Below, in pieces: positions 39,336 through 50,165 of a stretch of DNA of 64,000 nucleotides (within the stretch, counting starts at the first letter, position 1; each line of letters starts with the position of its first letter). Both the position numbers and the translations under genes were made by a program. Where the stretch lies: the NCBI RefSeq assembly GCF_009834535.1, contig NC_045696.1:76200001-76264000 (forward strand), in the 5' to 3' direction. Source of the DNA: Camelus ferus (lineage: Eukaryota). The notes below the pieces were generated by a model. The model saw only the letters and a program-made list of their open reading frames with translations. It did no database searches and was not told the origin of the DNA.

Positions 39336-40105
39336 TGATATGGGTTGCACTGTGTCCCCTCAAAAAAGATGGGTTGAAGTTCTACCCCCCCCCCCCTAGT
39401 AGTTGTGAATGTGATCTTATCTGGGACCAGGGATTTTGCAGATTTAAGATTTAGGTTAAAATGAGGTCACAGAATTGGCCTTAATCCAATATCACCAGCG
39501 TCCTTTTAAGAGGGAAATCTGCTCACAGAACACAGAGAGAGCACCTGTGCAGACAGGGATACAGAGGGAAGACACTCGTGTGAAGCTAGAGACAGAGGCT
39601 GTAGCTACCATAAGCCAAGGGACACCTGAGGCTTCCAGACACTAGGAGAGACAAAGAAGTGTCCTTCTCTAAGAGCCTTGGAGGGAGCATGGCCCCTAAA
39701 ACACCTTGATTTTGGACTTCCCACCTCCAGAAATGTGAGAGGATAAATTTCTGTGGTTTTTGACGAACAAATGTAATAAAGCAGAAACAGACTCACAGAT
39801 ATAGAGAACTAGTGGTTACCAGAGGGGAGTGCGGTGGCGGGAGGGGCAAAATAGGTGAAGGAGATTAAGTGGTACAAACCACTAGGTATAAAATAAGTAA
39901 GTTACAGTGATGTAATGTACAGCACAGGAGATACAGTCAATATTTTATAATAACCTTGTTGGAGTATAATCTATAAAAATATTTAATTACAATCTTGTAC
40001 ACCTAAAACCAATATTGTAACTCAACTATACTATACTTCAATTTCTGTTGTTTTTAAGTCACCCAATTTGTGGTGCTTTGTTATAGCAACTCTGTGAAAC
40101 TAACA
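39336..40105 (+). mobile_element. MLT1C-type MaLR solo LTR containing an L1 insertion
   Basis: TGATATGGGTTGCACTGTGTCCCC..GAGGGAGCATGGCCC..ACACCTTGATTTTGGACTTC..GAAACTAACA; TSD GACTC / GACTG. Confidence 0.88.
39762..40039 (+). mobile_element. LINE-1 3' UTR fragment without an A-tail
   Basis: CAGAAACAGACTCACAGATATAGAGAACTAGTGGTTACCAGAGGGGAG..CTATACTTC; 16-bp TSD AATTTCTGTGGTTTTT (39746-39761) / AATTTCTGTTGTTTTT (40040-40055). Confidence 0.88.
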
Positions 40106-41160
40106 GACTGTAAGCTATGTGAGGGCAGAGACCTTATGTATTTTTACTCATCATTGCTCTCAACCTCCAGCACAATGCCAGGTTACATAATCACTTTCTG
40201 TAACAATAATCTTCAAATAGAGAAGGTGATTTTCACAATTACCTGGGAAGCCTTTACAAAGCATTCTTGCCCACTCACAAAATTCAACCCATCCCCAACA
40301 GGGTTCATCCCCATAGCTTTGAAACGACAAAGGAAAGAATTTGTTCCCTCTATACAAGGTCCAGTAGCCAAGATCACCTGAATCATTCAGGCAGACTCCC
40401 TTCTTTCCCTGAATTATCTAAGTAATTGCGTAATTGTTTGCTTCACTTTGGTTGCACAGATATTTAGCTCTGCACATAGGTGTGGAAATTGGTTAGTGGC
40501 CAGAGAACATGAAACACATTGCTCCAAAGCATATGTCTACAAACAGGAGTCTGTTTAAATTAAACTGAAATTCAGCCCTAAGAGTTGATTAAAAACAACT
40601 CTAAACCATCAGTTACTGAGTGGTAAGCCCTGAAAGATAAAGCCATCTTTGTCTTTAAATCTAGTTGGAGTGAGAAAACAAGACCACATGAAACTAGAGT
40701 AGTAAACACAGGAACATACCAGGGTCCACAGGTGACAGATTCATGGCACAGAGCAGACATCTTGTAACAGAGTTCAGAAGAGAGGACGAGTGGAAAAATC
40801 CACGACATAAGTTAATAAATAAATAAATGATAGACAGAAAATAATTAAATAAACAAATAAAGCAAGTTACAGTGCAGTATGTTCAGTATGAGCCTCCAGT
40901 GTAAATATTCTTAAATAGAAAGAAAACAAAGCTCCCATACATGTGGCTATATGCTTATATAATCACAGCAAGATAAAAATTAGGAAACTATACAGTAGCA
41001 TATGAGTGGGAGAAGAGACAACTTGAGAAGACTTTTAATTGTTACCTTAAATACAGCTGCAGTATTTGAATCGTTAAAATGAGAGATGATTAGTTTTCTA
41101 ACTCAAGTGACTGAAATTTAAAAATCACCACTATCAAAAATAAATAAATAAATAAAATAG

Positions 41161-41256
41161 AGGTGAGGGATATAGCTCAGTAGTAGAGTGCATGCTTAGC
41201 ATGCACGAGGTCCTGGGTTCAATCCCCAATAGCTTCATTTAAAAAAAAATAAGTTA
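41161..41256 (+). mobile_element. tRNA-Ala(AGC)-derived SINE (vic-1-like, short form)
   Basis: A-box TAGCTCAGTAGTAGAG, anticodon arm GCATGCTTAGCATGC, B-box GGTTCAATCCC, A-tail; flanked on both sides by (TAAA)n as an apparent TSD. Confidence 0.88.
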
Positions 41257-42439
41257 AAAAATAAATAAATAAAGTAAAATATTGTTTAAAGTATTTATCT
41301 TCACATCCACCCCAAAATGATATCAGTCTGAGAGTGGCAGTCTTGGCTCTGTCAATCCTTCTATTATTTTCTCAGGTACAATTAAGTTGAGGAGAAACCC
41401 TCACTTTCCCTGAGTGAGAAGCCCACAGGCTGCTCTCCATCAGGGATCCCTCTCTGCAAAGGGGAACCTTACAGCACATGGGCTGCAGAGAAGCTAGGGA
41501 TTTGGGTTCCACACCCTCCACCCTAGAAAATAAACACATAAATAATACATTTGGTGCCGAAAGAAAATCCTATCACCGTGATTCACAGGCTTACAGTTAG
41601 CAGAAGGCTGCTGGGGTGTGCAATACTTAGGTGGTTGGTGAGGGTGAGTGAAGTTTTAATGTATCTGATAATGCCAAGTGTGAGGAATTAGTCAGAGCTG
41701 GGCTTGTGAGCAGCAGCATTTTAATGATTTACTGAATTTCTCTTAAGGTCAGTAGTTTATGATTTGCCATTTTAAAAATGCAGTGTAAAAAAAATAGATG
41801 TGTATTTTGCTTTACAGGAACTGAATCGTTTTCTAAATGCATTTCTTAAGAGGAGAAAATCAGTACAAATAGCCACTGCCAGCATACCCTGTGTCTAACC
41901 TAATCACATGAACTCCAGCCCAGATAAGCAGCTTTCTGAATGTTATTGGTGGAAATACAGTTTCCAGAAGGAAAAGAGACCATCCTTGGGTCAGAAAGTT
42001 GGTGTTATCAGCTTGCAACATTATTCCTGTTGTATAATTTTACCTCTGAAACTATTATTTCAATTCAAGTGTACTGGAAATTCAGAGTTAGCCTAATCAG
42101 TCATCTCACTCAGGGGCCTTCAAATATATTTCATCATATTCTTAGGTGTCTATATGGCATTCACATTTTCCCTTAGTAGTTAGAGTCATAGGTAGAAAAT
42201 ATGAGTTAATCAAAAAGAGCTGCTGAGCACTGCCTCCAGAAGCACAGCTCTCTGCCCGGAGCCCCAAACTAAGGACCAGACACTTTCCCAACAGGGTGTG
42301 AGCTCTCATCTAAGTGGAAAATTCATGTAGCATCTTACATAAAAATCATACAGAGAGTGAAAAAAACATGGCAAAATTCTCCCCCTCTGACTCCCAGTGA
42401 AAACTCTCTCCCCTGGACCCTGCTGCCTTCTGAGGTGTA

Positions 42440-43240
42440 TTAATGTACTTACTATTTAAATAAATATGTATTGGGTGCTCATTATGCACAGGCGCTGTTC
42501 TACTGCCTGAGAGCATGACAGTCCATGAGCAGACATGGCTGGATGTCTTCATGAAGCTTGATGTCTTGTGGACAGGAAAGGCAATTTAAGGAGCAATGAT
42601 GTATAGGGTGACATGGGAGAGAATATACAGGTGGGGCATCTCAACCAGGCTAGGGGAATGCTGGCAATCTGAACTTAGGTACCAATACACACAACATCAA
42701 GAAAGAGGAAGTGGGGAGGGAAGTTTCCAGAGAGTAGGAACTGCACAAGCAATAGATCCAGAAGTCAGAGAGCCTGGACCCCCACATAAGTGTGAGGACT
42801 TGGCATAGGCAGAACAAAGACTGTGAAAAAGGAAATAGTGAGAGACAAGCTGGAGAGATGAGAAAGATCCTGGACTGTTTCTGGAATCTTACCTAAAGAC
42901 AATGGGAAGCCACCTGTAAGCTGTACGCAGGGGAGTCACATGATCACACCTGCATTTTAGTGAAAGCCCAGGCTACAGTGTGGACACCAGGTCAGAAGGG
43001 CCTGCTGGAGAGGTCCAGAGGAGAGACTAAGAAAGTTCATGGGAATGGGATGGAAGGAAATACAATCAACTGATATTTAGGAAGTAGAAATGACAACACT
43101 TGCTAATTGCTCAAATGGAGTAGGGAAGTTAAAAAAAGAAAAAAGAGCCAAACCTGACTTCCAGTTCTCTGCCTTGGTCATCTGGGTAGAAAGAGATGCC
43201 ACTGATTCATAAACATGGGGAACACATCAGGAGGGACAAG
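42440..43240 (-). mobile_element. L2 LINE fragment
   Basis: AAATATGTATTGGGTGCTCATTATGCACAGGCGCTGTTCTA..AATGGGAAGCCAC..GATATTTAGGAAGTAGAAATGACAACACTTG. Confidence 0.7.
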
Positions 43241-44299
43241 CTAGAGGCAGAAATCCAGGTTTTCCTTTGTGTTCCGAGGATGCCCAGGGAGGGAGAATTT
43301 TTTAATGATTATGCCAGCCTTATACCATCTGGAAAGAGAAAGTCTCCTTGAGGAAGACTTTGTTGTTTTGGAACAGGTGCCTGGCTGTTTTGTAAAAATT
43401 AGAGTTAAGAAGCACCCCCTTGCTCTGAGAATAAAACTTCCTCCTCCCAAAAGCTTGGGAAGGAAAAAAAATTTCCCTCTTTAGGGAATGAGAAGATAAA
43501 CCAATTTGCTTAAGGAGCCCAGATGTCTTTCTGAGAGAAACTCACTCAGGTTCCTACCAAGACTCAAGGGTATAGACACCAGTGGGCAAGGACTACAGGA
43601 TACGGCCAAGGTTTACTGTCAATGTAGGACCCCAAGATTCCCAGGGAGAACTTACCAGAAACAGGGGCTTGTGGTCTTGCAATCTATCCTACTGGCCAAA
43701 AAACCCATAGGAAATAGCCAGCTCCTGCACAGTATTAAGCTGAAGTTGGAATCTCCCAGCCTGAGTGTTGGTAAATAGTATTTGTGCAAGTGAGCTGGAG
43801 TCCTGGAGCCCAAGACAGCCCACTGAAGCTCTGCCAGTGTGAAGAAGCAGATTCAATGCAAAAAACAGAGAAATGTCATTGGGGTATGCAGGCCCACTCT
43901 TCCACAGGAACACTATATGGTAATAAGAGCAGAAGCAAGAAAGAATCCTAAGGACATCACGGATTGACTCTCTGGACAGAATCAATTTTGGAACATTCTG
44001 GACAAATCAGGGTTGACAGGAAGTCCAAGAAAGATGTCCTGGGATTTCTGTTCATAAAAGCAGGTGGGCATTTAAGCTACCAAATAGAAAAGTAAGAGAG
44101 CTGACTCTATACACATTAAAAACTGATGAAGTAGTGCACAATGCTAACATGTATGCTACATTTGTTAACATAACTGCTTGATTTTTAAGCATTATTTTTA
44201 ATCTATACTAGAACAAAAGAAGGAAATCAATGCTATATGTTTGTAGATTGTTACATAATGTTTAAAGTACTTTTGTAAGTGTGGGGAAACATTTACTTT

Positions 44300-44470
44300 T
44301 TTGCCAGCTTATCATCTCATCTCCTTTATTCTGGTCATAAAACTGCTCTTTTCTGTCAGGGGCCCATTTCATGTGGTTCAGATGGGGCTGATCCTATCCA
44401 GCGGGCTAGACCTGACGTCTGAGGAATGAACGGATATGTGACCCAAACTAGTAAGAATATTTCCCATAAC
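44300..44470 (+). mobile_element. Old LTR fragment (MLT1K/LTR16-like)
   Basis: TTCTGGTCATAA..CATGTGGTTCAGATGGGGCTGA..ATGTGACCCAAAC; diverged. Confidence 0.35.
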
Positions 44471-47254
44471 TTTCCTGAGTGAAGGGAGGGGGAAGGTCTC
44501 TAGGATCATGACTTAAAAGGATGATAAAAACCTGGGAAGGAGTTCATGAACATTTTCAGGTTGAAAAGTGCTATCATTCATACCCCAAAAGACTGGGAAC
44601 TACTGGATTAAGATAAGAAGATCAAATTTTGAAGGGAAGAGCCCCAGGCTGCAAGACTTGCCAAGTTCCCTAGGAGGGGATGTGGCCATTTGATGTGAAA
44701 GGAAAGGGAAGGATGAAGAAAACCCCCTTTTCCGTCCTGACCCTTCTCCAGGGGTAGCCCCTCCTCCCCTGAGATTCTGGCCAACTGGGAAGCCAGAACT
44801 CCTGCTGGAAGTAGAGTTTCTCTTCGTAAGTTTGCAAAAGAAAAGTAGAACCCAGAGTAAATGACAACAGTAAAAATGGCATATTTCTTGGGAGAAGACC
44901 TGCCACTACTTGAAGTGTGTCAGAGAAGGACAATGTAGCAAATGAGTTCACACAGTTTCTGATTTTGTTTTATTATGAAGATTTTTAAAATTAAGGTTCC
45001 CAATGTATATTAATGCATTAATACTTCTTAAATAAGTGAAATTCTGCTTTCTACAAGTATATTTTGTAAGCCACATATTTCACAGAAGGATCACAGACTC
45101 AGCACTGACCCTGCATCCAAGTGGAGAGCCTCACACAAGCAATGACCCTTTACTGTGGAAATTCACACTGAAATCTGGTTACTGGATTTGCTTTTCCTCT
45201 GGCTTTAGCTGTAACAGAACATAGACATTATGTGCACACACACCCTCAAGCGTGTGTAGGATGCATGCAGTATATTCTTAATATTCATCTATTTGTATAT
45301 ATGAATGTTTTTGCAATACATTGTGTGTACCACAAATGAATACATATATTATCATCTGTCAATAAGCATCAAACAACAAACAAAAATCACTTAGTCTCTA
45401 AGTCTTAACTTGCACATTATCTTGCTCTGAACTATCCAATTTTCCAGGTTTGCTAACAAGCAACAAATGAGCTTTTGTGTTTTATTTCCATTTAGTTTTT
45501 CATCTTTCTCTCTGAGGAGGTAGATGTGAGCTGTAAAATAGTCAGAAGAAAAGGAGCAATAACGTGCCTGAATAATCCACATTCTAGATAAATTCCTTTC
45601 TTTGTAATTAATTAAATTCCCAATACTTACATAGCAACTAATAAACACACACAACGGACATACAGCAGATTATATATTCCCTAAGTATTGACCCTACTCT
45701 GACTCAACCACAGTCCCTAACAGGATGCCCTGCACATGGCAGGCACTTAGTAAGTATTTAATTAAATCCCATAAATGATATAACCAATCCTATTACCTCA
45801 TAAGTAACTTGAGTATCTCAGATGCTATAGCTAACTAGGTCTTCCCCTCCCCCTCCCTCATCTTCCAACATACACACTGTCAGCAAGAATTACATCTGGG
45901 AAGGTCCTCTTCACTTGTAACCTGAGACCTAGTGTTTCAATGATGCTTAAAATAGCATGGATAATGGAGCAAGTGTGCCTATGATTGGTCATTGACAGAT
46001 ATTTTTGCATGCCTAATAAGCAGCAAATAGAGGCAACCCCTTGGAATTTACATTCATTGTTACAGTGGCTAAGTCTTGTTAAAATCCAGCAAACTTGGAG
46101 TTAATTTTATTTAGTAGAAAGAGGCTTAAAAATAGCCTCCCAAGTTAGCATAGTTCTGCAATTTTACCATCCCATAGTGATAATGAAAAAAATTCTGTTC
46201 GTTAGTTTTCCTCTTTCATTTGGTTAAAACCCCATCCTCCATATAAAATTAGATTCTATACTGATAGTATAATTACTGTATAATAGAGTTTGCTCAACTA
46301 CTCAACACAAAATGCTTTGCTTTCATAGCATTTTAATATGAGCAGCATAATGGGCACCAGCTTGAAAATCAGCATGCCGGGAAGGAATCTAGGACCCCAA
46401 ACGAGCTCGAGTTTGTAAAATTTGGTTCAGCTGCTCAGCAGACTAGTTAATTCTAACTGACTTGACATGTGGATATCAAAAATTTTCTGTTCCCAATCAT
46501 GTGTTTTGGTTAAAGAAAAAATGGTCTGGCTCCAGGCACACAGCAAGGCAGACACCGCCCTGTAGGTCCTCGAGGGCTCACCTTATGGGTGGGCCTTACT
46601 GCTTCACATGCAGCAGGGGAACTTTATCTGCTCCACATTCATGGCTCTGAGGCATAATATTGAAAAGCCAGACACTCCTCATGATGCATCAGTGTTAAAT
46701 TAAATTAGACTTTTCTATTTCTCCCACGACATACTGCTTTTATGGACGTAATGGCTCTGTGTTGTACACCACACACTAAAACCATTTACTCCTTTGGGAA
46801 TAAGAGATTAACACAAGTAATATAGTGAAACCCCCTATTTACATAATTGAAATTTTCCTTTTGCCATAACAGAGGCTTTTTTGACCTTTTAAATGTCCAG
46901 TACTGCCAGAGTTAGCATAGTTCGCACTGCATGTCCAATTATTCACTCATTTCTCTGAGTTAACTAGTAAATCTACCTATTGTTTGCTGAGAAACTATTC
47001 AATGACAGCCAGTTTCTGTTACATACTTCCAATGAGCGCGAGGGAAAGAGCCCCACGGAGGGGCTTTCTTCACCCCTTTTCACAGGGGTAACAAGTCCAG
47101 GAGTCCCATCAGATAACACAAAATTAGAAAATCAACTGAGGTAAGCAATAGGAAGTCACAGGGCCTGGGCCGTCCTGCAGGAAGCAAACCCCACCCACAC
47201 ACATTCCATTTTATATACACACTCACATACACATATCATATATATATGCATACA

Positions 47255-47471
47255 CAGCTGCCCCTTGAACCACACAGGTTTGAACTGTGTGGACCACTCA
47301 GACATGAATTTTTCTCAACAGTAAATGTTACAGTACCACATGATTCGGGGTTGGCTGAATCTGCAGGCACACAGGCACTGGAGTGTGAAAAGCTGACAAT
47401 AAATTACATGGGGATTTTTATTGCATGGAGGGTCAGTGCCCCTAACCTCTCCATTGTTCAAGGGTCAACTG
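47255..47471 (+). mobile_element. Tigger2-derived MITE (Tigger2a/MER8-like)
   Basis: TIRs CAGCTGCCCCTTGAAC / GTTCAAGGGTCAACTG followed by TA. Confidence 0.88.
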
Positions 47472-47959
47472 TATACACATGTGTACATACATATATACAC
47501 ATCCATGCATGGATATCAATCTGGTCAAAAGCACCACTATGGCTAGGCTAATGTAGCACAGTTCATAATCCCTCCCTATAGCACTGCCCCCAAAGAGGAT
47601 ACTCTTAAAAGAACATTCCTAAGTTGTCCCCTTTCAAAATGTTTTCTGAAATAAAGTCCAAAGGACACTAACTCTTGGAAATAGGAGATCTCAATATCCA
47701 TTATTTGAGAATTTTGGGGTCGAGGGTAAGGATATTTCATGTAATTATTTTGCTTGATGTTTTAAATATATTTTAATAATTATGCTGAATTGAAACTACA
47801 AGAAATATCTCAGCAGTTTAAGAATGGCCCTGTATTTGTATTACCTATTTGCAACATTTCTCTTGTCCTTGTTCCTAAAAGAAACAGAAGGCATGCATGA
47901 ATATACATATAAGTGTAAACACAGGACACATAGCAATCCTCATTAAGTATCCTCCGATA

Positions 47960-48308
47960 CACATACTCTTCCCAGCCCCCATGTCTAAAATTGGTCAGGA
48001 TGATGTTACTGGTTCTGGCCAGGGGGCTGTGAGAGGAAGTGGCACTGTCCCTTGTGGCTGAGACAATGAAAAGCCTTTGTACAGCTCTCTAGTCTCTTCA
48101 CCTGCTCTGGTAACCAAAGAGGGCGGATTGTTCCAGAAAACGCAGTTATAAGATGTTGAAGATTATATCAGTTAGGTTCCATGAGTGATCATATAAACAA
48201 ACTTTCTCCTCTCTTGCCCACAAGCAAAGGTCAGCAGGAAAGAAATTTGGTGTTTTTTGTTCTTTTTTTTTTTTAACCACAGTATACCTAACCTATCCCA
48301 ATTAAAGC
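47960..48308 (+). mobile_element. Old MaLR LTR (MLT1I/J-like)
   Basis: TTCTGGCCAGGGGGCTGTGAGAGGAAGTG..TTAACCACAGTATACCTAACCTATCC. Confidence 0.5.
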
Positions 48309-48329
48309 CACAATCAGACATCTTTGTGG

Positions 48330-48795
48330 TGACAAAACTCTGTCCTTGACTATACTTTAATCAGGCTCCTCTGAGCCCTCTGGGCTTCAACCTTGGTGTC
48401 CATCTTCCTTGGACCTTTATCACCCAGTTTTAGCAAGAATCCTGCTAAGTCAGTTTAGAGAGAATCCTCCAAATCTGATCACCCTTGATATCTGATCAAA
48501 TTCTTCATCCCCCATCATTCCCCAGGTGATATCTAATCACCCTGGCCTGACTTCAAGAATCCTGCTGGGTCTGTTTAACTGATACCCTCCCCCATCCCAT
48601 GCTTTCTCCTAGTAATTTTCCATCCACTGACCCCCACCTTGCTCCTTGGCTGTAAATCCCCATTTGTTCATGCTGTATTTGAAATTGAGCCCAGTTCTAT
48701 ACTGAGAACTGAAAACTCTTTCCCCCTACTGCAGTAGTTCCTGAGTAAAATCTGTTTTGGCTATTTTACTGTCAACCCCTGTTTTTTCTTTAACA
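48330..48795 (+). mobile_element. MER31/MER67-like ERV1 solo LTR
   Basis: TGACAAAACTCTGTCCTTGAC..CAGGCTCCTCTGAGCCCTCT start; repeated CAAGAATCCTGCT and GATATCT(G/A)ATCA motifs; ..CTTTAACA end. Confidence 0.8.
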
Positions 48796-49771
48796 GCAGT
48801 AATTCTTTTTACTGTCTTTGTCCATCCACTCATGCCACCTGGTTTCACTCACAGCTTCTAAGCTAGATCAATACAGAGCCACAATTACCCTGGCAATTCT
48901 GTAAAGTACAATTTTTATGAACCTCTCTGTTCACCCAAATTTGTTTATCAACATGAAATCAAATATAGAATCTGAAAATTAAATTTTAAGAAAAATGTTG
49001 TTTGAAATTGTCTTATGGGAAGGAGAGTTACTAGCTTTTATCCTTAATATTCTGTGAGTAGTTCTGAGCTACCAATCTTAATACATAATGCTGTACCTGC
49101 ACAGTAATGATTAATTATTACTTTTTTAGAAGCATACATAGGTTCATCACTGACACACTTAGTACTAAGTGTGGAGGCTTGATTGATTTAGGAAATTAAG
49201 GGACAATTTGTTTTCAAAACACAATTCTCCAAAGGTAGTATCTGTGTGTGGTGTGTCACCACTATAGATGCCTCCTGTCACTGTACTGTGATGGATGAAC
49301 ACACTATTCAGAACTCAGACTGTCTCCCATTTGTTCATAAAAGCTGGCAACACATAGAGAATGTACTGAAAATGCCACAGAAGAGTGAATTCCAGAGAAA
49401 TGTAAAACAACATGACAGAGGAGCATTGGGGCCAAAAATAAAGCAACCAAGTTCCACGAATCTAAAAGAGTGATTTTGTATTTTATTTTATTTTATTTTT
49501 CTGGCCAAATAGTACATTCAGATGTAGATTCAAACAGCAAGCCTGCTGGTTCTCTGTCAGCAGAAATGCTAAATAGGGGCGAACTTGCCTTCCTGGAGAG
49601 AGAGGAGCGCAGTCAAACTGAAAAACCACCTGAAGTTTGAGCCAAAAGCCAATTTAGATCAAGCTGAGCAAACAGACAGGTCTGCTGGCCAATTCAAAAC
49701 CAAAGTATTTAAAAAAAGAGAGAGAGAAAGAAAGAAAAAAGTATGTAAGTACAAAAAAGAACTGTACATAC

Positions 49772-49820
49772 CAAGGAAAACCCAGAGAGCAATTTCAGGG
49801 ACTAATAGCCCACTTCCCAT
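49772..49820 (-). CDS. Candidate coding part of a first exon, MGSGLLVPEIALWVFL (signal-peptide-like); product unknown
   Basis: ATG at 49820, 16 codons plus 1 nt, then donor TTG|GTATGT; no minus-strand ATG in 49821-50080; promoter-like motifs upstream; weak Kozak context. Confidence 0.35.
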
Positions 49821-50079
49821 TCAGATGGGGGTCTAGAGTGCAGCCCGGGGCAGTTCCTACTGTGCCTCCCTGGGCCTTGTCTTTGTTTTGTGCCGGTAAA
49901 ATCAGAATAAATGAAAGTCAAGGGCAGCCAGAGGACTGTGGGTGCTGATGGGGGAGGGGCAGTCCCACCCACTTGGCCCAGGTTAAAATGACGGAGGCTG
50001 TTACTTGCTGAGAGCAGATTTGCACTCTTTTTTTTTTTTTTTTCTTAAGCACCAGCTGAATCTCTCTCTCAGTTTCCCT

Positions 50080-50165
50080 CCATACTGAGTCAGTAACCAG
50101 CCCTGGGCGTGGGGTTCTGGCAGCAGTAGCTCTAGCTCTTATCGCTGACACTCCCCACCCCTGCC
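50080..50165 (-). promoter_or_regulatory. Promoter/enhancer motif cluster
   Basis: AP-1 site in pseudo-palindrome TACTGAGTCAGTA 50083-50095, KLF/SP box GGGCGTGGGG 50105-50114, GATA CTTATC 50138-50143, CCCCACCC 50153-50160. Confidence 0.45.

Larger units (their letters stand above)
38440..40185 (+). mobile_element. L2 LINE, interrupted by MLT1C
   Basis: TATATCCAACTGCCTG..TGGATGTCTT; 3' motif CCCACTAGA..GACT|GTAAGCTATGTGAGGGCAGAGAC resumes after the LTR. Confidence 0.7.

Noticed and set aside
41161..41240. Bona fide tRNA-Ala genes (also at 54013 and 56066)
   Set aside because: A-rich tails, TSDs, extra 5' bases and stem-disrupting substitutions identify them as SINE copies.
47040..47092. Two small GC hairpins as a structured RNA or terminator
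   Set aside because: Stems of only ~6 bp; intrinsic terminators are not relevant in mammalian DNA.
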